DNA from: Diploschistes diacapsis
Lineage: Eukaryota
Direction of reading: 5' to 3'
Length of the DNA: 47,677 nt
NCBI GenBank assembly: GCA_023645945.1
Contig: JALAIB010000020.1
Span: 1-47,677 of the forward strand
Part shown: positions 36,112-47,677 of the stretch, in pieces
Layout of the letters: every line of letters begins with the position of its first letter
How positions within the stretch are numbered: the stretch's first letter is position 1
Program-made: the position numbers and the translations under genes
Notes under the pieces: model-generated
The model's database searches: none
What the model was told of the DNA's origin: nothing
Seen by the model: the letters and a program-made list of their open reading frames with translations, nothing else

Positions 36112-37791
36112 TAGGCAAAAGTAGGCCTTTCGTTTAGTGATACCGAAAGTACTGCTGTATCACGTGAAACAATCTTCCTAGTTACCTACTGGAGCCCTCC
36201 GAAGAGCTGTCGGAGGGCGTGAACGGCCGCCTCTTCTTTTTCTGCTGCTGCCTCAGAAACCATCAAACTCGCCAGCGAGGCGGCCAACGGGTTGGATTGT
36301 AAAAGTGCTCATTTCGCATGTCATGTCCCTGACTGATTGCGTGATGGAGCTGCCCCTGAGCTGCACTGCGCTGCCTGATTATAGTATAGAGGTAGACGGT
36401 ATTTGTCATCCAGGATATCGTCAGGCACCTGCACGGGTTCACGGTTAAAAAAAAACAAGGGTAATTAATTATTCATCCCATACTTTCGAAAGTGTACTCC
36501 AAAAAAAATTTTGGGAACCTAACCACAAATCGATCACTGTTTAATTATTATTAATCCCACCCTTTCTTCCTTCTCTTTCCTCAACCCCTGTAGTTTTCTG
36601 CCTGCACGTAAACCCACAGGGGGGAATGCTTAGCTCAGACCGACGACGTACGAAGAAATGTCCACGTGCAGAATCTGTCTGTAGACAGACAGACAGACAA
36701 GAAGGTTCGGATACAGCGGCCAGACCTTATCTCTCAGCCGGCCTACCTATCGTCCCTCCATCATCATCATGATGATTGTTGTCTTCGCAACGTTAAAAAC
36801 TAGGTACCCCTCGTGTATGCTTCCAATAGGGCCCCCCCCCCAAAGAACCCCAAGTTTCTCAGAGCCTTGGCGCGCAAAGGTAAGAGAGAACCGGGAGAAT
36901 TAAAAATATCAGAAGGGGCTGCGACCACGGCCAAGGCCAAGACCAAGACCAAGACCAAGATGAAGACGAAAGATTGGGTCACAAGTTAGACGGCGGTAGA
37001 AGGGGGAGTTGTGGGGCTCGCAAGGCGACCGAATTCCGAGTTGCGAATTGGTGCTGTGGTTATCGTATCGGTGAGTTTAGTTACGTAGTTAGTTATACCG
37101 GGGCCGCAGATGGGGATATATTACAGCTACAACATGGTGCGTGCCAAGCGTGGGTACCTGTTGAGGGTGTTTTTTATTAAACTTTGCGGTGGAGGAGGGA
37201 TGGAGTGTTGTCATGAGTCACCGTCTTTGCCGAAGCTTGCCCTCCAGGTCAATTTGTCATTCCCTCTGTAATTGATGTCTCATACCTGTACCAGTCATGA
37301 TGATGCACGGTCAATTGCAAAAGGCACAATGCACGATGTTTTTTTTTCCCATCAAGTTCATTTATGATTCATCTAGCTAATTGTAATGACGGCTCGACCA
37401 CGTCGCCCTCCAAATCAGAGGGCGGGGAACGCGCATCAGCTTCCTGTAACAACTATGAACTCGTCCTTGCTGCTTCCCTTTTTTTTGTTCTCGAGGAAAG
37501 GTCCAAGTGTCCCCCCCTGTTCAGCGTTGCCTCGTTCGTCGATCCTCTCTATGATAGTAACTAAGTTGAGTTTGTTCTCCTTCCATCGAATCCCTTTTTT
37601 GGTCCCCCCCAATGCTCTGTGCCCCAATGGAATAATAACGTAGAAGTGAAACGTCGTAACGTGGTATCTTTAGTAACCCGTGCCCAATGCTCCTTGCCCG
37701 CTTAGATGAAGAAATTGCTTGCTAAAGTGCCGCCGCTGTGTGGAGAAAAAGAACGATATCGCTGGATTGAGAATGCAGCAAGAGTGAGTGG

Positions 37792-38508
37792 CTAGTAGAC
37801 GCCTATCTGTCGTTGCGGGAGGTAGAAGCCTTCCTCGTAGAAAGAGGCTTCGACCTGCGAGATCGGTTTCTGCGGCGTTTGCGAGGCGAAGGAGACTTCG
37901 ACTGGAGCGGGCGGCGATGGTGGCATTGAGTCTTCGTCCGAATCGCTGTCTGATTCGTGTAGCAGCTCCGGTGGTGAACTTGTGTGCGAGGCTGTCCGTG
38001 TGAGCTGGAGCTGCGAGTAGTCCTCTTCGTCATCGTCGATTGCTTCCTCGTCATCTTCGTCCATCTCCATGGCGTTGGCCGAGGAGTGCAGGGCGGCAGC
38101 TTGTCGCAGCGAGGCCAGCGTGGCAGCAACGTCCTCTTCGTCGTCCGACTCCGGCTCGCTCTCGTCTGCATCCTCTTCGTAGTCTTCGGTGATTGTGGGT
38201 GGCTGGTCCGCCCACCGGATGTGCTTGTTGGCCTCTTCCGGTGCAGAAGCGCCTCGGACGGACTGGTTGAACCAGCTCTCCTGCTCCCGCTCGGCTTCGA
38301 CAAGATCTATCATGAGACCGTCGAGGAGGTTGGCGTGACCCACGAGCAGACGGAGATCGTGGTCGGCTCGGGCAGCCTCCCTGGAGAGCTTGGCCCTGGC
38401 AGCATGGGCAAGGTAGTAAGTTTGCGTGAGAGACATCTTCTTCTTCTGGATTGGAGAGTGGCTCGGTTTTGAGATGGGTGAGAAATTCCGAGCGGTGGTT
38501 GAAGGCAT
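37792..38508 (-). CDS. Ecm13/YJR115W-like conserved fungal protein; alternative in-frame starts at 38586 and ~38436
   Basis: Family motif MSLTQTYYLAHAARAKLSREAARADHDLRLLVGHANLLDGL, followed by an acidic low-complexity region and SPPELLHESDSDSDEDSMPPSP. Confidence 0.85.
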   Translation of the reverse strand: MPSTTARNFSPISKPSHSPIQKKKMSLTQTYYLAHAARAKLSREAARADHDLRLLVGHANLLDGLMIDLVEAEREQESWFNQSVRGASAPEEANKHIRWADQPPTITEDYEEDADESEPESDDEEDVAATLASLRQAAALHSSANAMEMDEDDEEAIDDDEEDYSQLQLTRTASHTSSPPELLHESDSDSDEDSMPPSPPAPVEVSFASQTPQKPISQVEASFYEEGFYLPQRQIGVY

Positions 38509-39356
38509 TGTTATCAGAACTGGAGGATTTTTTGCCTTGTGAGTGTACCGAAATAGGCTAAGGGCTGTCGGTTCAGGTTGTGACAATGGTGAGTTGTTTC
38601 TTGCAAGAAGCTTTGAAGTGAATACTTCAGGGGAGAGTATGTTTTAAGTAGAGTAGAGAAGATTGATCTGAAGGTTATGGTGGAGTGTATGCTGATTATG
38701 AGAGCAAGATGTTTCATGGGAGGGCGGATTGCAGCCTGACCTTATAGTTGAATGGAAATTATGAATTATAGGCTGCAGCCTTAAAGCAGCTTGCGTGAGT
38801 TGCTCAGCTTTCGGACCTTGCAATTGACGGCCGAAAGAGTCGGTCATTCCTAATCTCCCCCCTCCATAGCTTTGTTTTTTTGTTTTTTGCTTCTCCCCTC
38901 CTCCTCCTCCCATCCTCATCCAGTCATCATCCTCATCTGTCTGCCCCCCGGTCGAAAACCACGAGCGGATTAACCACGAGCGGATTACGAAAGCCCCCGT
39001 TAAGCCGTTTTGCTCGGTCAGTCATTTTGCTTCTTTGCTTCCCGGCACACGCCCACATGCAAAGCCCACAACCCACACACGCGCACTGCGGGATCTTTGT
39101 GCACACCGCACACCGACACACCGCATACAGTTTTATCATCTTGGGAAATAAGGAGATGACTCTCTGTAGTCTGTGCTGTGGTGATTCCATCCTAACCATA
39201 TGCATGACGTGGTCCACGCGACGATGCGTCGATGCGTCAACTCTTTCCAATTGCTTCGCGTACTCTAGCACAATTAGGAAATATCCATCGAACCTAATCA
39301 TATCGCACGCTGGACAACTCTGCTAACTAGCACTTGCTATGGACCGTTATTTACCA

Positions 39357-39383
39357 CTGCTGCTGCTGCTGCTGCTGCTGCTG
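39357..39383. repeat. (CTG)n microsatellite
   Basis: About nine CTG units. Confidence 0.9.
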
Positions 39384-41741
39384 TAGTTGTTGCTACCTCG
39401 TAAACAAAGTTCCAAGCCTCCTGCTATTCTCGTAGCTTGTGCATTCGCGAAACTATTCTCTTACGAGCTGTTCTCTCTCTCTCTCTCTTTGGCTCATCCG
39501 TCTGCATACCAACTCGCTAGCCCTGGCCAAGTTGTCCAAGTGTCCAAGCCTCTGTTTACTGAGCTGTTCCTGTTCCTGTCCATGCCCAATTGGGGGTTGA
39601 CTGTCAGCCAGGAAGTAAGCGAGAAATATGGCTGGAAAGGTTGTGCCGAGCCAACGGGATCCCCACGCCCCGACGGGCCAGATTTCTCGGACCAAAAGCA
39701 TATATGACTCTACAGCTATGCGGCATCAAGCTCGAGCACAACCCACTCAGAAATTCAATCAATTAATAATTGACTCTTTGACGGGCTTCAAGGTGATTGA
39801 AACGAAAAGCAATTGGTCGCACCTCAAGCAATTGCACTTCGTGAAGCTTCCAGAGGTTGATTAGCGTTGCGGGCCTGCTCACCCCAGCTTGGGGCTTAGC
39901 ATGGCTTGGGCCAACAGCAGCTGTTTTGGGGGCTGCCGAGTAGAACACATTGAATACGAATAACGCCCTCCTATGCGAGCTTGCATTCTCGTTTCAAACC
40001 GATTATGGTGAACTCACACCATTAGTGCTCCCAGATTCCTGGATTTGCGTATTACACGGTGAAGCTCTTCAAGCGTCTTTTTCTACTATTTTCTTGCGCA
40101 AGCAGCCCTACAGTTTTCGCCGAAGTAAAACCTAACCTTATAGCCAAACGGAAAGCAAACCGGTGCAGTTTGTAATCAACACGATATGTCAGCAGAAACG
40201 GATTTGAAATTTGCTATTCCACACCCCTCTTCTTTGTTCCTTTGCTGCCGAATTTGCTCCCTCCCACCTCCATCAACCGATTTGGAATGCACATGCGATA
40301 CCCCGCTTTTGCAGAGAGTCATTAACATTTTGATGCGGTCAAGGTATGGGTCTTGCAACTGCTTGTAAGCCTCTTTCTCAATTGGACACTGGACGCCCCT
40401 GGGTGTTTGCGAGTGCGCGCCGCAACGTGCTACGGGGGATTCAGGTACGGAGGTAAGCCGAGCGAGCACAAGGTCCCACAGGGGGGACAACGTTTCCGAG
40501 TTCACAGCAGCGGAAACAGCTTAGCCGCGCAAGGTGGCTGATGAACGCTTTAGATCAAATTATAAAACAGACCCGAGATACTTGAAGTATTCCATAGAGT
40601 TCTTAGATTTGTTTTATGATTGGTCTGAAGCACCTTCCGAGCTCTTGTTTAGGCCCAAAACGGCGGGAAAAGCCGTTGGTGGGCAAATTCTTTTTAATAT
40701 CGCCTGGATGGGAGATTGCTTCCAGAAGATCTTGAAATGGGGAGAGACCATCAGCTGCATCAAGGCCTCCCACCCAGCCTGACCTCAAGCACTTTAATCC
40801 TCGTCCCCAAACAGTTTTCGATGGGCAATGCGGTGAGACAACGAGGACCTGGAATCGTCTGGTGTCATATTCAGCGCGAGATCAAGCCACTCGCTCCAGC
40901 CTCCAGGGCCGTTGGTAAGCTAGTTGCAGGCTGGGGGCCACCCATGCATCTGGGAAGAAGAGGAGCCTCCGCCTTGAGTTCACTTGGTATGTAACGACTT
41001 TGGGGTGCAGCAGCAGCAGTCGATTTGGAACCTTCCGCACATACCAGAAGAACCTGCCTGTACAATGCACGAAAAAAACATTTCAGTGGGATGCCCAGTA
41101 GCATTAGTGGGAAGGAGATCATGATAGTAGTAAGCGGTGCGGAAGTGGCCGAAGACATGGTCATGGTAGACATGGTTGACCGCCGTTCTGGGACCGGGGG
41201 GGGTGCGCTTCGGGGTACTCCATACACCTAACTACCCCATCTGTTGCAAGTTGCACCCACCTTACAACTCCATCCCATTCGACACATAACTGGTCCTTAT
41301 TGAAGCAGCATCAAGCTCTCCTGTTGTCAACCAGGGTAGGAACCCGATGCCAGCTGAAAGCCTTGAAGCCCGAAGTCTGCCAACCTTTGAAAAGCTGCCA
41401 CTTGCCTGCCAGTGAAAGGATTTTTCACTTAGTCAGAACCTTACCAGCGTGTCGGGTCGAAGCACCACCACGTGGGAAAAGCGAACTACTACTAACCTAA
41501 TTTCCCTTTCTGGCCAAAACTTAGTGACGGTGGTTTTGGGCTTGGTGTAACTTCATACTAAGCGGGCAACAGAGCGAGCCTTTGCCCGTGCAAAGTTGTA
41601 GTCATTACTCCGATCGGTTGACTTTCCCCTGCGTATCCAAAGCCATCTCGTTTTGACCCAAAACGTGGCTTTTTTAGCATCACTTTGCATCATGTCCAGC
41701 CCCTCTCAATCACTTGGCCTGTGTTAACACGTCGCAATGCT

Positions 41742-41779
41742 CCGGAGAGCACCGGAGAGCACCGGAGAGCACCGGAGCA
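41742..41779. repeat. 10-bp tandem repeat (CCGGAGAGCA) x3 plus a partial copy
   Basis: CCGGAGAGCA CCGGAGAGCA CCGGAGAGCA CCGGAGCA. Confidence 0.85.
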
Positions 41780-44538
41780 TTGCTGGCCTGACGTGCAAGC
41801 CCAAAGGTCTGGACCCGAGGCTCCTACCCGTCATTGTCAGCGCTCTCCACCAGATTCAGTTACTGTACTAGAAGGGCATGAGCGTAAGTACCAAGATCAC
41901 GTGGCCGCCAAGGGTAGAAGTTGTGGTTTCGCATATATATATATATATATCAGTTTAGTTCAATACTGCCAGACTCCAGTATTATTAGTCTTTTGGCTAC
42001 GTGGCCTAGCGGTACTAAACTGGCGCTTTGTAATATCACAGAGTATGGCCTCACTGGAACCCCCCTTTCTAAAATTCATGATGCTGTTTGTGTGGCCTTA
42101 ACTTTTGGAATACTGAACCTTTACTGCCATTTACGCCTATGTACAATTCTCTCTACGAGCAGGTAATTACTTTGATCTTGGCGAATATGCAGGAAGGCAG
42201 ATGAGCCTTAAAGAAGGCAACGTCCAAACCTCCTTGACATCCGTACTTGAGGGATCTCAAAGTTCATTGTTGATCTCGACGTAATGTCATAAAAGCTTAG
42301 AGCTCAGGAGCTTGGATCTGGCATTGGAACTGTTTGAAGGCAGACAGCGTTTTGTCGCTCTTAATAGCCATGATCTTACCCTTGGTATTGCAGAGGGAGA
42401 ACATTATATTAGCCTATTCCCAGGGTCGAGTATTGCAGAATACCCAGCCTCTGCAGGCGTGGCATAATTGTTCTCGGATGCCCTATTCTTGTCTGAACAA
42501 ACAGATAGGCCGAAGGGAAGGTGGCCACGGAGGGTCCCGCAAGCTTCGCTATGAGGGACCTGAATATCTTGTCGGTGGGTGTGCTCCTTTTGCTCTGGCA
42601 AAAAGATATGATTGACCTTCTAGGAGGATAACGCGCAGCATCTCTGATGATCGGTCGTACGCAAGTATCGCTTTGAGGAGAACCTCAAAACTAGCAGGAC
42701 TGGCAAGCATACTGGGGGCTTTTTTTTTGGCGAACCACCAGGTACAACGGGCCTAGATGTGAGATTTTCGATCCAGTGCCCCAGCGCACGGATACCTTTT
42801 GATCATAAGGGGACTTCGTACAATGCGGAACAGCCTACTCGGACAATCGGATTCTGTGAAAGTACAACGGCAATTTACTACTGAATACATAATCTGCCAC
42901 GTTTTAGCACTCTCGTTACCTCCTGTTATTTCCAAGGGAAAGCCACTTCATCCCGAGAATACGAGCTCTGCACCAACTTCACGCCGGCCGTCCGCGGTGC
43001 TCAAAATTAAGAGCGGCATAACCAGAACCAGCATTGAATACTACATGTGCAGACTGGCGAGAAGCAGGCATCTCTAAGCGATGATTGTTGTTTGGGAAGT
43101 ACTAAAATCATACGCATAGGCTGGCTACTCGACGGGGACGCTTGGTCGATGTCATGCATGAATCTACCATGGGTTACCAGCTCGTTTTCCACGAGATTAA
43201 AACGAAACAGGGAACAGTATGCATGTGCATGAAGAGCCTTCGCTCGGTGCATGCTCTTATCGAAAGTCAAGCCAACATCAGATTTAACTTGCCGGTCTCG
43301 AATTGCTGACACTCGAGCTCGATACGTGGTAGCTGGTATCAAAGGTCTCAGGTTGGGGAGCACTTGGTACCCGTGTGCCTGATACCGTTCTTGGCAACCC
43401 TCGCAGTCACCATCCCTGATATTTGCATGCGCCCGATCAATCTTCATTCTGGTATGCTCAACACAAGCGCGATACCTACTTTTTCTCTGCGAAATCCGCA
43501 GTACAAAGAAGCACCACGCGGCTGTCAGGCAGGATGAATAATAAATTTACATCTTGGAAGAGGGTGGTGGGCGAAACTTGGCCTCCATCGACTCGGCAGT
43601 GGCCCGAGATAAGCAGCATGAGGACGACATGAATCCCCCCTTTAAGTGGTCAGAAAACGACCATATTACACTTTTGAATAGCGGAGGATAGCACCAAAAC
43701 ACCAATCAGCAATGGCCATTTAGCCACTTGCGTCGAATGTGCATGAACCTTGGCGCCGCTTCAGAGTGGGCGCTTGAAGATACATCCAATAAGTCACTGG
43801 CGGAGAGGTGCGACACCAACTGCTTCAACCGGATTACTGCCCACACATCACAGCCTTTTGCTCAGACAAAATGGATCATGCATGCTTTTTCAACCTTATT
43901 GTTGGTGAAGAGTTGTAACTTCTCAAACACTCAACTCCTTGGCGCTGTCCCATCCCATCTTTCATTCTTCCCGCCCAGCGTCATGGCCAGGACATCTTAA
44001 CCATACCCAGACCCTAACTTTTTTCAGGTGGCGCTCTCAAAGTTCGTTCACTTAGGAGGCCAATTCTAGCCGCCGACAATCTTACCAGTCACCCTTTTAC
44101 ACGGTCGCACCTAGTCCAAGAGACTGCGCACTTGCCATTCTTTTCTTACTTTTCAAAGTCTTGTTCGTATCGCGCGTGCTTCTCCAGTTCACAACTTGGT
44201 TGGCTGATTGGTAGGATTAGCAGTCACCGCCAACTCCGTTTAACCGACCTCTCTAATCGCGCTCCTCCAGCCAACACCAAAAAGCGCACCCCCACATCTG
44301 CCAACATCGGATCGAGCAACAAACCACTTCCAACTTCCCCAGATTTTACCCGTACTCGAGCCTTGTGCGCCCACCGTCGCAGTTACCAAAACATCCCCAA
44401 ACCCTACGAATCACACACGCCTGGCGCGAGCTCAAGAACAGCAAATACCAAGTATAGCAAATCGAAGATCAAAGGTGACGAGGAAGAGCGAAGCACATTA
44501 TAACGGAGTAGGATTGATCCGCGCAACGGATCTCTAGC

Positions 44539-46561
44539 ATGTCTCTAAAGCAGGTTCGTCGCGACATTATACAGAGCGCCGCGCAATCGCTGATTCGGAG
44601 AAATAGGAGATTGAGACATGGGTCGAGGCACTTGCGAAGTACGACAACAACGAGTTTGAGGAGTCGCTGAAAGTCTTTGACAATATCTCCGATACCTCAA
44701 AGATCTTGTTCAATTGCGGTGTCATTCATGCGACTTTAGGAGAACACGACAAAGCGGTAAGTCCGCAGTAGCGCCGCTGGGAGGTGAGCAACGATCTAAC
44801 GGCAATGGCAGGTTGAGTGCTACCAACGTGCCGTGAGGCTTGACCAGTATCTCGCAGTAGCGTACTTTCAGCAGGGCGTCTCGAACTTCCTCGTAGGAGA
44901 TTTCGAGGAGGCGCTGGCAAATTTCAACGATACTCTGCTCTATCTGCGTGGGAACACCTACATCGACTATGATCAGCTGGGACTAAAGTTCAAACTCTAC
45001 TCCTGCGAAGTACTCTTTAATCGAGGCCTATGTTATATATACCTGCAACAAAATCAGGCAGGTCTCGGGGATCTGTCCTATGCCGCAAAGGAGAAGGTAA
45101 CCCCAGATCACGATGTGATTGATGAGGCGATCAGGGAAGAGGCAGAGGTGAGTCGACCTGAGATGAATGCTTCCTTCACGCCTTATCTAATGTCAATAGG
45201 GCTATACCGTCTTTTCGATACCCGTCGGCGTCGTTTACAGACCGAACAGCTCCAAGGTCAAGAATCTCAAGACGAAGGACTACCTAGGAAAAGCTCGCCT
45301 AATTGCATCGACGGACAAGGGAAACATGTTCACTGGATTTGCTGGGGCTGAGAGAAAAGCAATCATCAATGCCGATACCAGCAAGGACGATCGACCAGCG
45401 GAGGGCATTTCATTTGCTGCCTCGAACCTCGTGAGAAACGACTTAACATCCCGCTCCCAGCGCCAACAGTCCGCCCCTCCAATCAACCGCAATGCCTTTC
45501 CTCCCACTCCACCGCCCGAGAACGACGTCCGGGGAGGCATGACCAAGCCCGCAGTCCCGGATAAGAGCCCCATGACCGCCAGAGCAAACTCGGTCCGCGA
45601 CGGCACGGGTGCTGGCGCCCGCATGCTGTCCCAGCGGCGAAAACAACAGCAGCAACGCCAGCAACTTCCCCCATTGAATCCGGATACTGCCTCGCCGCGG
45701 ATACGACAGGATGCCCTTGGGATGATCGCCTCTCCCGACACATACGCAGTCGAGAGGCCGCGGCTGGGTACGATGCGCACAGCGTCTGAGCCCCGAGGTC
45801 CGGTCTCGAAATACAGTTCTGCCCGTCCCGGTCGCGGCTACCGTGGAGACCGTGACGAGGGTCCACCCCCGGGCCGCGGTCGGCTCTTCAACGAGATGAC
45901 GCCCCTCCGCGCAAATCCGGAGGAAGACGGCGACGACGAATACCCCGGCGAGCTGTACGACCTGTACCAGAGCACCGCCTACTCGAACCCGTACTCCTCT
46001 TCCGGCTCCCGCCGCGGCGCTCCATCGGGGGGCAGCGTGCGCCGCATGCGGAGCGAGCGGGACTACGACGATCTGGAACTCGAGCGCGAGTCGGGCGGCA
46101 GCTCGCTGGATGACTTCGAGATGCTGAACGACGCGGGCGGAGCGCTGTCGGCGACGTCCAGGGGCATGAGCACGTCGCGCAACGCGTCGCGAACGCGCAG
46201 CAGGCCCATCGACATCCGCACGGTCAGGGTCAAGATGCATCACCTCGAGGATACGCGGTATCTGATGGTCAGCACGGGTATGATGTGGGAAGAGTTCCTC
46301 GACAAGGCGAGGGATAAGCTGCAGCTTAGCAGTCGGTTCAAGGTCCGGATGCTGGACGAGGGCGACCAGATCACGGTTGGGGATAGGGACGATTGGGGCA
46401 TGGCGGTGCAGACGGCGAAGAGGGAGGCGAGGAGGGCGGGAGGGGATATGGCGAGGCTGGAGGTAAAGTTGATGCAGATTTGTTGGGGTCTTGCTGAGAT
46501 GTGCTTACTTTGGTTGCAGGTTTGGATTGCGGACAGCAATGACAGGAACGCCACCACCTGA
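44539..46561 (+). CDS. noxR: NADPH oxidase regulator NoxR (p67phox homologue; TPR and PB1 domains); introns 44554-44606, 44757-44811, 45148-45199, 46463-46519
   Basis: MSLKQ|EIETWVEALAKYDNNEF..ILFNCGVIHATLGEH, RLDQYLAVAYFQQGVSNFL, YSCEVLFNRGLCY, GYTVFSIPVGVVYRP..DYLGKARLI, and PB1 region VRVKMH..DEGDQITVGDRDD. Confidence 0.96.
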
Positions 46562-47677
46562 GCTTGACGTGCGGCTCTCTCGTATGCATCACCACCTTAC
46601 CGACGCCTCTAGATTTTGCACCAATACTTGGCACCTCGGTGTCGCCCATCGGCTTCCCTGGAACATCCTTCACCTCTCGCCACACCTATTCACGAGACCA
46701 CGCCAACCAACATGTTTTCCTATGTCTACAATAGAGCCATCAAACCATATCACAACACTTAATGTCCGTCATGCTCGTAGTCGGATGGCGAGCACGGGCC
46801 GTTGTACGCAAAGGAGCAAGGAGCAAAGAGGGAAAGAGAAGAGAAGAGAGAAGAGAGTAGCAGATCGGACTGGACGGGACGGGACGGGACCAGACAGGGC
46901 ATTTAATACATCCCCCTATTTCTGTAATTTCAATCTTGGAGGACATGCGTCGTTATCGAGGGTCCATGGATATCGCGTCTGGAAATGTATATGGCAGTGC
47001 TTCGGATGCCGTTCCTATCGCAGTGAAAGCTGCTGCCGTCACGGTCCGCCACGGTCTTTGAACAAGACGAGCAACATAACTTGAACATAGAGATTAATAA
47101 TAGGGCAATTGACCATGAGTTCAGTGTGATGCAAGAAGAATAATTGCTCAAGATATCCCTTCCAATACGCGCTGGTATTTTAAGTGCCTATCCACCGTTA
47201 TCCGTCCATAGTAACCATCTGCCACTTTTGCTGGTATTGCTTCCTACTTCGAAGGAATCATTCCCACCTTAAAAAAAACCTGATGAGTGGGGAACGCGAG
47301 GGGTGCTGAAGAGCATGCTGTTTTCGAGTTTCGGTATCGACTGCCCGTCTCTTTCTTACTTGCCTATCTATTCACCCATCTCTTTCTTATCCTTCTTTCT
47401 TTCTCCCTTCCTCCCTTCCCTTCCTTATCATAATTGCCACCCAACCGCAACGTCTTACATTTCGACATCCACACAGAGAAACAAATCCTAATGCCTGAAA
47501 CAATCCATCCCGCTAAAAGAAAAACCTGTCAATCAAGAGGGGAGGAGAGCCAAATACAAGTATCTACAACAAGCCTCTCTACAAAGCGTAAAATCTCCGA
47601 ATCCAAAAAAAATCACACAGACCATTAGAGTCGAAAAAAGTCTGCCGCCCGATTCCCCCCCTTCTCCCCTCGTGAAT

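Noticed and set aside
41742..41779. CRISPR-like array
   Set aside because: A simple tandem minisatellite without spacers, in a eukaryotic genome.
45443..46243. 266-aa antisense ORF to noxR
   Set aside because: Shadow frame of a high-GC3 coding exon.

Overview
Eukaryotic DNA from a filamentous ascomycete (Pezizomycotina), judged by short GT-AG introns with CTRAY branch points, RIP-mutated repeats, and noxR, TOF1 and PEX29-type genes. The left end is a RIP-decayed repeat nest: two tandem ~430-bp copies of an unidentified structured repeat plus a full-length dead Fot1/pogo transposon with TIRs and a TA duplication. Next come an orphan Cys/Pro/Arg-Glu protein, a GPI-anchored Ser/Thr protein, and a compact housekeeping block: Aquarius helicase, a 10-exon hot-dog thioesterase that the ORF track does not show, TFB2 and TOF1. 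An ~8-kb decaying island follows, with AT-rich relics, a 32-bp palindrome, MFS and amidohydrolase pseudogenes and one intact 236-aa orphan. The rest holds 3-hydroxybutyryl-CoA dehydrogenase, a UBL-LRGG/AN1 zinc-finger fusion, a PEX29-like peroxin, an Ecm13-like gene flanked by ~5-6 kb of gene-poor DNA on each side, and noxR. I found no tRNA, rRNA or snRNA, and I cannot demonstrate a new biological system from sequence alone. The best leads are the orphan gene in the island, the unclassified tandem repeat and the possibly cleavable UBL fusion. All family calls come from motifs I recognised by eye; no searches were run.
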